Origin: Oikopleura dioica
Lineage: Eukaryota; Animalia; Chordata
Length of the DNA stretch: 64,000 bases
Direction of reading: 5' to 3'
Assembly (NCBI GenBank): GCA_907165135.1
Contig: OU015567.1
Span: forward strand, 4,340,001-4,404,000
Below are positions 25,407 to 39,571 of this stretch, piece after piece. The notes beneath the pieces were generated by a model. It saw nothing but the letters and a program-made list of their open reading frames with translations. It was not told the origin of the DNA and made no database searches. Both the position numbers and the translations under genes were made by a program. Within the stretch, counting starts at the first letter, position 1, and each line of letters begins with the position of its first letter.

Positions 25407-25781
25407 TCATATTTTATGACATTTGATGCTTCTAAACGTGGCTCGACGCAGCCAAAAAACAAAAGGTTTGAGTGCTTGATCCCTGTTTTTCTTGGATCGC
25501 TTCAAATTCTCAATTATCGTCGTTCTATTTTTTCTTTATTTATTTACAGTTTGATCTCACAGGCACTTTTTGCAAGTAGTAGGACAGGCAAAGGAGATAT
25601 ATTTCTTGCCACAGTCGGATTTTAGATCTTTGCATGCGTCGTCAATATCTGGCTTGAAATCGCACTCAACGGGGAATTTCGCGTAATTTGGATTTCGCTC
25701 TTTTTGGTGGTCGAAAATGAGCTTCTTTGCTTTTGGATTATTCGTCGAGATTGTGAGAAAAAAGACTTTGGAAAGCTTCAT
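25407..25781 (-). CDS. Small ShKT-domain protein
   Basis: CDFKPDIDDACKDLKSDCGKKYISFACPTTCKKC fits the ShKT cysteine pattern; hydrophobic start MKLSKVFFLTI. The 3' exon is uncertain. Confidence 0.55.
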
Positions 25782-26936
25782 CTTTTCGGTTTAAAATTTT
25801 ATCAATTTTGAAAATTCTAGAGCTGGGGACGCTTATATAGAGGGAGGGGGAGGAAATTCTTGAGAAATGGTAGCGCTGGCAGAGCGTGACAAAAACGCCC
25901 GAATGTCCGGGACAACGGTGAAAAGCTGTGGCTTTTGGCGGCAGGTTCCATTTGCGGGCACGAAATCGTGATTTTCGACCAAACCTCTCAAGGGAAGTTT
26001 TTCGGATGGGGCGAGAAATTGAAGATTCTGAGATTTCGCATTTCCGTGATTTGAACTTTGAGAAAAGGCTCTTGCTTATTCTTGCTCACAAGTTGCAGCT
26101 TTTTACGGCTCACTAGTGTTATTGCTTCTTTCATCTTTTTTTCACAAGATGCAAAAAGAATTGGGGATCAGAATCTGATACGAATTCATCAAATTGCGTT
26201 TTTTGATTCGCGACATCGTAAGAAATACACTTTCAGGTTAGCTTTCTTTGTTGATTTCATAAAAAGACGAAGCTTTATTTTTGTTTTCCCTAATCATCTA
26301 ATTCTAAAAAATGCCTTGTACAACGGGCATGCCGCATGCTGCATGCAAAAATGAGCAGAAAATGCCCGGAAGATCTGGGCCAGGACAATATTGGAATTGG
26401 TCCACTCTGAATTCTTTAGAATCCGGTAGCGGGCCGCGCGGATCGCCCTGGGAAAATCCGACGCACCCACGCGCCACATTTTTTTAAAAAGAGAAAAATT
26501 AAAATTCTTTCAATAAATCTGTCAAGGACTCTTCCCAATTCGATAAATTTTGACGCAATAAACACTTTTTAGTAAAATATATGAGTTCATTAGTGTGTAT
26601 AATTTACACAGTATAAATCAATGAATTGTCCGATCTTTATTATCTCCGAGTCTGAACATCCTGCTGTGCCTCTTATCCGATTACAGTAACTCATCAATCT
26701 GACTAACATTTCCTCGCTGTTCTCTATCCTCGTGATTCTATTCCATTTAGGCCACGAAATTTTGCTCATTTTCGCAAAATTCCAACTGGCCATTTCTCAT
26801 AGTACGCCCAAAACGTTCAAAAATGTTTTCTTTTCAGAAATCGCCAAAAACTAAATGACTTATCGACGGAAAGAGATCGTTGCCTGAAATCCCCTTATCT
26901 TCCTTTTCCCCTTTTTTTATTCAAAGAGGAAGAAAA

Positions 26937-28868
26937 ATGATTTCTCCCTCGGGATACGAACCCCTTTCGTCGGAAAACGAAAAGCAACTCGAAAGTACCG
27001 AACTCTCCGAAGTAACGACTAAAGAAAATGAGAACGAAGAACGAAGAAAAATGCTAGAATCGGGAAGAAAAGAAGCGATTTTACATGAACCCGAAGTTTC
27101 GATGATTCAGGAAGCGATTTTCAAAAAGCTCGGCTCGGCAACCTGGGTAGAAAACCTGAGTCAGAGTCCTTAAGAGTCTAGAAAGCTGATCTCTGAATCA
27201 GGTTTTCTACGTCGGTTGTCGATCCAAGTAAATATGAGGCTGTTCTTTTGAAAAGCTACGCTTTTCGGCTAAATTCTAGAATATTTTGCATAACGCTATT
27301 TATGGTGTTTTCTTAGTAAATAAATGTTCAGTTTGAAAATCTTTAAAAGCGCGAGAGCATGTGTTCAATCGCTTCAGAAATGTTCATCCCGTTCTTCTTC
27401 GCTGGCGTGGGAATGGTCCTCGCAGGACTAGAACTCGACAAAGTCCAGCACTGGACCAGCTTTCAAGAAGTTAACGGACTCTACATTCTCGTTCCTCCGC
27501 TGCTTGGACTCAAGGGAAATATTGAAATGACGCTGGCTTCGCGGCTTTCTACTGCAGCGAATTTGAAGATTCTGGATCAGTGGGATTCGCTAAAGAAGAT
27601 TGTCTTTGGGAACTTGGCGCTTTGTCAGTGTCAGTTACGGCGTTCAAACTCGATGAAATAAACGAAAAACTTTCGTTTAATCTAAGAAAAGATAAATTTG
27701 AACGCTATAAAAGGCGCTGGTGGTTTCGTTTCTTGTTTCTATCGTGGCGATTTTATTCAACTGGGTTCCCACTGGCGAATTCGACTTGAAAGAAGGCCTT
27801 CTTCTGACGTGTTCGGCGATGCTGACCGCCTCTCTTGCTTCTGCTGTGCTGGGAACAGTAATGGTGCTCGTGGTCATTGTCAGCTTGAAAATGAAAATCA
27901 ATCCAGACAATGTTGTGACTCCCATCGCCGCTAGTTTAGGAACTGGTTCATAATCTCGAGTCGAAATTCTCGACTTTCCAAGACTAGAGAGACAAAACTG
28001 AACCGAGAGAATAGGCGACTTGATAACTCTCTGGCTTCTTGCGGTTCTCGCGCAGTTTTTCTACAATTTCCCGGACGGAGAATTCTTCGTCATGCCACTA
28101 ATCTGCGGAATTGGCGTTTTGCTCATTCCGTTTTGGGCCTGGATTGCTTACAGAAATGAGTATACTAATGAGGTGCTAACAAACGGTTGGGAACCTGTCA
28201 TTGCTGCTATGATCATCAGGTCAGTCCGAGCTTTCATTTGCTTTCTTTAACCTTAAATTCTAGCTCTGGCGGTGGTTTCATCCTTGACCACGCTCTTTCT
28301 TCAAATCCTGGCGTAGCTGTGTTTGCTCCTCTGATCAATGGTGTCGGAGGAAACCTGGTAGCAGTCTTTTCAAGCCGTTTGTCAACGAATCTACATTTGA
28401 ATTGCCAACGAGGGGAGCTTCCCACCGAATTTAGTACGGGCTGCGTTCATCCGTGCTTTCTTTTCTGCGGAACGAACAATCCGCAAGTCAAGGCGGCAAA
28501 TGTCATGCTGCTTCTAGGTAGGAAAGCAAAAGGAGAAGCCGTTTTATTGTAAAAATTCAGTTATTCCGGGACAGCTGGCCTTTCTGAGCGTGATCAACTT
28601 GATCGAAGCTGGTCACGTGGCCATAACTATGCCTTTCGTGGTTCTTTATCTTATCGCTTCCATGCTACAGGTACTCGAATTCTCGTGTCAAATTCAATCA
28701 TTCACCTAGGTAATAATTCTTCTTCACATCGCCTGGTGGCTCGTCCATCGCGTCTGGTCTTCCGGAGATGATCCTGACTCCGTCGCGATTCCCTATCTGA
28801 CCGCTTTTGGCGATCTCATTGGCGTCGGCCTCCTCACCCTTGCCTTTTCAGTTTTACCTTCTGTATAA
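26937..28868 (+). CDS. SLC41A: SLC41-family (MgtE-like) magnesium transporter
   Basis: Family motifs PPLLGLKGNIEMTLASRLSTAAN, INPDNVVTPIAASLGDLITL, PLINGVGGNLVAVFSSRLST and DPDSVAIPYLTAFGDLIG. Seven exons; the first three introns are non-canonical (GA-AG, GT-AA, GA-AG). Confidence 0.93.
27128..27222. repeat. Hairpin miniature element (CCTGAGTCAG family) in SLC41 intron 1
   Basis: Inverted arms homologous to 25031-25150. Confidence 0.75.
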
Positions 28869-30216
28869 AAAATTGATACTATTTTTTCCTTGTATAAAAC
28901 TCACCTACTTTCCTGTATGATTTTAACTACTTTCCTTCGCAAGTTTCAAAGTACGCTTCTTATCTTCTTAAAAATACGAAAAACCCTGATCCCAAATACC
29001 GAAAAATGTCTTTCTTTCTGTAGCTACCCAGACCAACGACTTCTATTTATGATTAAATCTTTCGATAAAAATATGCGTCTTCCTCGATTTCATAGCGTAA
29101 AAATGAGTAATTCTCCTTTTGAAAGGGTAGATTTGCTCGATTTTCGATTTTTCATGGTTGAAATATTCCGTTGAATTGAGCGAGCTAAAGTTAAGTGTGA
29201 TGAGACCATCGAAGAAATAAAATAAAGATGCCAGCGCAGCTCTGAGCCTCGGCCCGTGATGGAGAGTCGCTTGAGCGTCCTTTGATGCTCAATTTCCGTG
29301 GTTTTTCAAGAAAGTGCGCAGCAGGGGCTCAACTTCCAACGCATCCGTCAGCTCGAGAAACAGGTACTTTTCCATGCACACTATTCTTTATGATAAAAAC
29401 AGCGATAATTTCAGTACGTGCATATAATTTTGCTAATTTTGTCTTAGAACGCGGGACATGGATTTCAATTTTAGATACAGATGTAATTGATCTTGGTTGT
29501 TTTGACTTGAAAATTAAGTTTTATATAACTCGTAGTAATAACTTGTAAATTAGAAATTTATTTGTTTATATTTCTGGCCTTCCCATTCAAGTTGATTGAT
29601 TGATAATATGCTGATTTTGTTGTGTTAAAGATTATAACATCAATAAATACTCTTGCGACTGCCAGCAGTGCCAGCTGAAAGTTACATATCACAGGGAAAA
29701 TTTCAATCATAAATTTGAGATTAAAACAGTTGCCGGTATAAGTTCACATGGTGTCGCTGGCTCTTAGCATAATCAAGTACGTGTATCTTAGAAGAATATT
29801 CATGTGCCCCTCTAGGACTGTAGTCTCTTTCGTCAGCATATCTTTCTTCATCTCCCCATCTCATGAATCCTAATTTAATCAGTATTACTGACGTGAAATG
29901 CATGACTCACGACGGTCGTAACACTCCTTTCACACAGCATATCTCCCCTTTTGCATCAAGCCATCGTCATCGTAAAAAATCGAGAGAATGCTAAAATGGG
30001 CAAAAACAAGGCGAAAACGGAAATCTCATAAACCAACCGTCGAGGATTTTTCTTCCATTTCGTCCGGGCTCACGAGACAATCAATTTACATTAGCGCTGA
30101 ATATTTCTTGAGCCTTTATTCAAGTCCCTTATTTCTCAAAATCTAACTCTTCAATCCGCCCCGCCCCGAAAGATCTCCAAATTTCCGGGTCCGCGATTTT
30201 CATTATTCAATTTAAG

Positions 30217-33200
30217 TACTTCCGAAGAGCTCCAGTCGTCCAAAGAACTCTCGCCACTGAGTTACTTTCAAGAAGATGAAAGCACACGCGCCTGGGGCGA
30301 CGAGCTTAGCGGAGATCTTCTCTACACCATCATTCTCAGACGAGTCAGATACTCAAAGAACTCGGATGAAGGCTTACAGTGGGAAACTCAAAAGGTAATC
30401 ACAATTGCTTTCATAAAGTTTTGACACCCTCAGGTTCGCCTGCTGAAAGCTGGAAGTCTTGAACGACTCGTCGACCACCTTGCTGCTGCTTTTCTCCACG
30501 ATGATGTCAACTTCTTGTCTATATTTCTCTCAACCTATCGTACTTTTGTCACTCCCCTCGAGGTGAGAAAGGTCCATCTTCCCTCCTCATCGTTTAATTC
30601 AGGCTTTGGATATGCTTATCCTCCGCTACGAAAATTTGTCCAACGAAGAAACGGCCAAAACACTCGCTCCAAGCGTCGATTCCAAGGAATCATATTCCAA
30701 GTCGGATTGCGAAGCCATCAAAGCCTCCATTCTTCGCGTTATGGAGCTCTGGATTGAAAGACATCCAGAGGATTGGCAACAGCCGCCAAAATATGTTCTC
30801 GTGCAGCAGACCCTCAAATTTTGTAATAAATATAAGGTAAGTTGAAAGACGAAGAAATCAATTTGAAAGTTGATACCTTAGTCGGAGACAGAAGATCTTG
30901 AACGCAAGACGCGAAAAACGCTCCACGATGCTCGACGAAAGCAAAACAAAAATGTAAGCCCATTATCACTCGCTCCAACAAAAGAAACCGACCTGGATAG
31001 AACTTCTGTAAATAAGGCACGGCTTGAATAACGAAAGAAATAAGTTGAAATTCTGAGACGTAATGCCAGCTTTTCAATCTTGACGAAACAGTATCTATGG
31101 CGAAATGACGCTTTAGTATCTTTCAATTTCAAACCCTTGAATCAAGGATGCTGCTTTATTTTTCCTCCGCCACATGTCCGAAAGCGACATCGCCAAAAGT
31201 CTGCTTGCTTACGACGTCCGTCTCTTTCGCCGCGTTATTCCTTGGCAATGTCTTGGATCTGTCTGGAGCCGGCGGGGTACGGGCGCTGAAATCTCAACCG
31301 TTAAAGCAACTGTCAAACAGTTCAATCATGTTGTCTATATTGTCCTCGCTACGGTTTTGTCGCCCTGCTTGAGTGTCAGTCAGAGGGCGAAAATTGTCGA
31401 AAAGGTACACTCTAATTTAAATGAAGAAATGGAGATGCTTTAGCCGGGTCTCTTCGCGGGATCTACAATTGAGAGTATTTTACTCCTGATTGAATACTCT
31501 CTTCACCCACCTCTTTTCGACCTTCCTTTTTCTAAAACTCCTCCATAAATCCGTTTTTAGTGGGTAAAAGTCTCCGAAGAAAGCCGCGCGTTGAAGAACT
31601 TTTCCTCCCTCCGAGCCATTCTTTCTGGTCTTCAAACTCACGCCGTCTATCGCTTGAAGAAAACCTGGGAAGCGGTTCCTGAGCCTGTCAAGAAGAACTT
31701 CGACAAGCTTCACGACGAAATGAAGTCAGAATCAAAGTCTGATCATGAAAGCTCAAGTGTTCCGTATCTCGGGACTTTTTTGCATGATTTGATGATGTTG
31801 GGTACGTTTTCATTCGTACTTTACTGATAATAATCATGCTTTTTAAGATACGGCCCATACAGATCTGCTAAAAGGCTTGATTAACTTTGAGAAGAGAAGG
31901 AAAGAATTTGAGCTTTTAACGATGATTTCTCTTCTTCAAATGGGATGCGAAAAGCATGAAAAACAACAGCCTTCTCAAGATTTTGAGCAATTTATTTCTC
32001 TTATTCAACCGCTTACTGATGAACAAGGCTTCGAGGTAAGCTACAACTGATATTCCTTGATGATAAACGGCAAATTTAGCTGTCCCAAATGGCTGAAGGC
32101 GGAGGAAAGTCGCTAGAACAAGAGCCTGTGAAGTGGGGTTCCCTCCTTCAGCATAGTTTCAGCACTTTGATGGACGATTCTGATTCCGACACCATCTCCG
32201 AGCCCCATCCGAAAATGGCCTCAAGCGCGTTGCTCGACCTAAAGTCTCCCCGTATTAGTACCGTCTCTCACAACAACAACTCGTCGAATCCGAGTGGCCT
32301 TGCCTCGCCCACCAACGCTCGTCTAAATTCATCCTCGACTCTTCCCCAAAATACGAGCCAATCCTAGGTCTAGGATGGGGGGTGATCGCTGGAGATCCGA
32401 AATGAGGCGCTCGAGATGAATCACCGATGAGTGGAGCGCGGGTTGTTTGGATCTCCAGAGCGCGGAGATCGAAGCTCGATCTCCAAATGAATCCCAGGGG
32501 TTCTGTCGATCTCCAGTTTTCGGTGATCGGAGCTCTGAATTTTCTCGAGCATGGATTTTTCTCGATTAAATTCATATTTTGCAGAGACTTTGCGGGTCAG
32601 TATCTCAGAAAATAATAATTTCTAATGCTAATCTTCAAGAAATTATCGCTCACCCACCGAGCTGAGTCTTTGGAAATTGTAACCGAACCAATTTTAAAAT
32701 TATGTGATTTCAAGTGTTCAAAAATTTTGAAAACCATCTTATTGAGAAAAATACTCGAGCAGAGATAGTAAATAGTACAGTTTTTATCCAAAATTACAAT
32801 CCATGCACTTGATTTGACAAAAGATTTGAAATCTACACTGGAGAATAAGTATTGCCTGAGATTTTTAAGTTGATCCGGCAGTCGCTTCTGATATCAGTAG
32901 GCTGGCAGAAGATTGTTTTAAAGTGACTCATCCGACTTCCGGGATAAAAAATTTTTGGATCTCCAAGAAGTGGAGATCGAGAGTGGTGATCGATCACCGC
33001 AATTTCGGGGTGGAGATCCCGCGGATCTCCACGCAATCGGAGATCCAAACAACCCGCGCACCACTCATTGGTGATTCCTCTCGAGCGCCTCATTTCGGAT
33101 CTCCGACGATCACCCCCGATCCTAGACCTAGAGCCAATCTGCGTCTTCCATAAATTATGTGATCGTCAGAATCACCGTGCAGGATCCGTTGATCGATTTA

Positions 33201-33850
33201 AACGGCGTCAATTACAGATGTATCCGTGTATCAGAACATGATCGCGTCAAATCTGTCTTGGCACTTGGCCTCGCGAAGCATAATTTAATCCACGAGCTTC
33301 CGTCCTGTTGGAATTTGATTCAGAAGCTGAAGAACAAAGGTAATTTCTTAATCGAAGGCTAATGTGTTGAATGAACAAGTGTTCCTCAGGGCCCATCACA
33401 TGATCTCCACATTCTCACAATATGTTTTAGAGCTGCCCCTGCCCGACAGCACAAATGTTTTTCACGCAATGGACAAGTCTCTCCCAGACGGGCAGCTGGA
33501 ATTCATTCTCAGAAGAAAAACGCATGACGAAATTCACGAGGCCGAGAAGCTCCAGAGGCAGAAAAAGTCGAAGCTTTACGGAGCGCAGACGGCTACTGTT
33601 TCCGGGATGACGATTCCTCCTTCTCTTCTTTCGCCTTTGCCGGGGAAGGCTCAGGTAAAGGTCGAGAGGAAGGAGTCTGTAGCGCAGAAGATAGGATCCG
33701 TTTCTATGGCTAACCTAGGAAAGGTAAGTTATCCTCAAGAAAAGTCAAGCTTATCAATTTTTTCAGGAAGAAACAGCGAAAAACGGCAGCTCTTCGGTGA
33801 AATCCAAGTCATTATCAACCATGACAAGCATAACTCGAACAAACAAGTGA
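30217..33850 (+). CDS. RalGDS/RGL-family Ral guanine-nucleotide exchange factor (REM, CDC25, RA domains); 5' end uncertain
   Basis: WGDELSGDLLYTIILRRVRY, REM (LKAGSLERLVDHL...FLSTYRTF), CDC25 (KNFSSLRAILSGLQTHAVYRLKKTW, VPYLGTFLHDLMML, GLINFEKRRKEF) and RA domain (IVRITVQ...NYRCIRVSEHDRVKSVL...LPDSTNVFHAM). Confidence 0.9.
32364..33131. mobile_element. Non-autonomous TIR element (768 bp, ~100-bp TIRs starting CTAGGTCTAGGAT, 8-bp TSD) inside RGL coding sequence
   Basis: TSD AGCCAATC at 32356-32363 and 33132-33139; long, closely matching TIRs with GGAGATC/GATCTCC subrepeats. Confidence 0.92.
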
Positions 33851-34558
33851 CCTCATCTCTTTCTGTGTATCTGAAAACTACTGAATCCCAAAACACCAAT
33901 TTGTGACCTCACAAACCAGATAAGGCAGGTTTCAAACCTCCTGTCTATTTATTATTATTAATTTTATTTCATTTCTATTTTTACCTTTTCATCAATTTTC
34001 AACTCGTGTTTATTGCGATCTTTTTTTCTGTAAAATTCGCTTAAAATCATCAACCCATCTTTGCCGGTATCTTTTTATTAATATTATTATAATATTATAC
34101 CTACGACTAATTTATAACTGGAAAAAACAGGCTCCTTCTTACAGCAGGTATGCAGTATCTATTAACTTAACTGAGCCATAATCCAGGAAGGAGGCTTATC
34201 ATCGCACCGGTGCTTTTTTCGCCAAAAAAATAACTCTCATTTAACTTTGAAACTTCTTCTTTTCTGTGAAACTTTCATCTTTCTTCCTTCTCACTCCATT
34301 TCTCCCCAAACTGAAACCTAACTGAAATAACAAATAAACAATTCCAGAGTTCAAAATATTCAAATTATTTCATCCAAACATCTTTTTCTGTGAATATTTT
34401 TGAAGAACCTAACTTATCACTATTTCTGCCGGTACTGAAAACCCTGAAGTACGTACTGATCTTACCTAAAGTTTGCTTTTCTTTTCTCATTGCTTTCATT
34501 TGGAATATCATTAAATGATTATTCGAATTTCAACCCTTTTACGTGTACCTTCCCAAGA

Positions 34559-34849
34559 ATGGAAAAACAGCCGAATAAAAATAACAACGCAGTCAAAAAA
34601 TCAAGAGCAAAGAAAAAGAAGCTTTTAGACGACATGAAAATAAGAAAGGAGCATCTCGAAGGTACTATCATCCTTTCTTCTGGCAGACGATAATCATCGG
34701 GTTTAGAGGATTTGGTAAATCTTCAGCACGAGAATCAAGTCTGCGACAATGATATTTCGATGCTTGAACAGCTCAACCAGAAAGATCCTTCTGAACTGAC
34801 GCAGGAAGAAATTAACTACCTGAATGAGCAACTCTCCCAGCTCAATTAA
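34559..34849 (+). CDS. Minimal (81 aa) C/EBP-type bZIP protein
   Basis: Exons 34559-34661 and 34707-34849, GT-AG intron. Basic motif NNNAVKKSR (C/EBP has NNIAVRKSR) and heptad residues L/L/C/L at +17, +24, +31 and +38 from the invariant Arg, the same register as C/EBP. Confidence 0.75.
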
Positions 34850-35544
34850 AAAATCTTCATCCTTCTTCTTCATTTTCAATTTGTGCTGTAAATATACTGC
34901 CGTGGAAATAAACCGAAAAATTCTCAATTATTGTGTTTGAAACTGAGTTTGACGCAAAAGAGCAATTAATGATCAATCAAGAAGAGTTATTAATACAATT
35001 CAATAAATATCTGAACAGAAATGCGCAAAAACTTTAGTAAAAGAATTTTCTTCTCTTGAAGTTCAGAAATTTTCTTATATAAGCTAATAAAATTGACGCA
35101 TATTTTATGCTGAATATTTCCTTTTGTTATATGACCATTTTTTATTAAATTTACGCTCGATCATATCAATTTGATATCATGATCAATAACTTATTGACAA
35201 TAAGACCGAAATTATTTGAAAAATCAAAAAGTTATTTTGTTGCATAAGCGTACTGTAACTTCTCAACTGTCTTTGCATGTTGTTTGCATGACAATCAGGC
35301 ATCCTTCTCGTGTGCGAAGTTGATCAGATGTCTGGTTTAAAAATCTTGATTGAAAATAGAGAAATGTTGGAGTCCCAGTGCCAAAGCAATTATCAAAAGA
35401 TGGATATCTTGTTTGGGGTATTATAAATACTGTATTTATTGTACCGTTAAATCCCGCTCTTTTTTCTTATGCAAGCATTCTATTTCTACCTTCATTAATC
35501 TGTTATATGATTGATCGAAAATCAGTCATTTTAAATTGTTCAGA

Positions 35545-38515
<2,971 letters not shown>

Positions 38516-39571
38516 AAACTTTTGCCAAAGAAACATTATTTATTCACCAAAAAAGACCTTATTTTATATATTCAACAAAGTTCAGAATATCAGTTGCGAA
38601 TATATTCATCAATATTTATACTATTTATTCTTCTAGTATTCTATCAAAGCAATCCAAATTTGGTGCCTTTTTGTCAAATTTTTGATTCTTGAAAATTTCT
38701 AATTGTGTGTTTTTTTCTCTGTTCGAACATGTATCTGTCTCTCTCTCTTTCTCTTATGTGAGTTCCATATAATAAAGTATGTATTGCGAATGAACATGTT
38801 CCATTTGATTCTTCATACTCCATGATTCAGTATGAAAACTCAATTTTTGAAGCAAATGAACCGAATTTAAGTCTTGCTTTTCCTCAGGGAGCAACTCGCA
38901 TCGATTTCGAGTCACAAGAAGAGAACTAGACTCGAGGGCATCTTATAGCATGACCAAGTGAAGAGGCATACAGTCATACCGTTTTTATTTCTTACGGCAA
39001 AGATATTGAGATAGCATGGGAAAGGTAAAGGTCAAAGATTCAGGTTTTCATGGAAAGAAGCTCAGTTGACTCAGAGAGCTTCCCCAGAGCTCTTGAATCA
39101 GGATCTACGGGATTCTTAGTAGGGGAAAGGAAAGAAATGACGAAGCTGGGGAAGATTAAGTAAGAATCACTGAAAACGGTAAATTTTTCTCCGCAGCAGA
39201 AAATATAACACTTTATGGCATCATCCTTCAGACTACCCAGATTTTTTTTTGCGAAACTTGACGGAAAAATTGTCTTTTTATATTAGAAATTTTTGATATT
39301 TTTGAGTATGAAGCCGTATTCAATTTGTTTTGAAGCAGTAGCGAGGCGAAATCCAAGTAATCAAATACCAATATAGGTATCTCTTCCCAATTAATATTGA
39401 AAAGGGCAGTCTGCTGCTTGTCCACGTGACCTTGAACCTGGCTTGGACGTCTTGAATAAGGCGACAAGCTTCGTGCGTCAGCTGCTTTTGGTCAAAATAC
39501 GCGTTTTTGTATGAATTTTCATCCGATTGATCATTTTTGTTTCTTTTCTTAAAAAATTATTTTGTAAAAAA

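Noticed and set aside
26294-26479. 61-aa minus-strand ORF (MWRVGASDFPRAIRAARY...) that looks like a first exon
   Set aside because: I could not join it to a downstream exon in frame or recognise a family; left unannotated.
29721-29903. 60-aa minus-strand ORF possibly nested in the RGL 5' region
   Set aside because: No motif, splice or paralogue support.
32089-32367. TAG at 32365-32367 as the natural RGL stop codon
   Set aside because: The TAG lies inside the transposon TIR, and an intact RA domain continues in frame beyond the second TSD.
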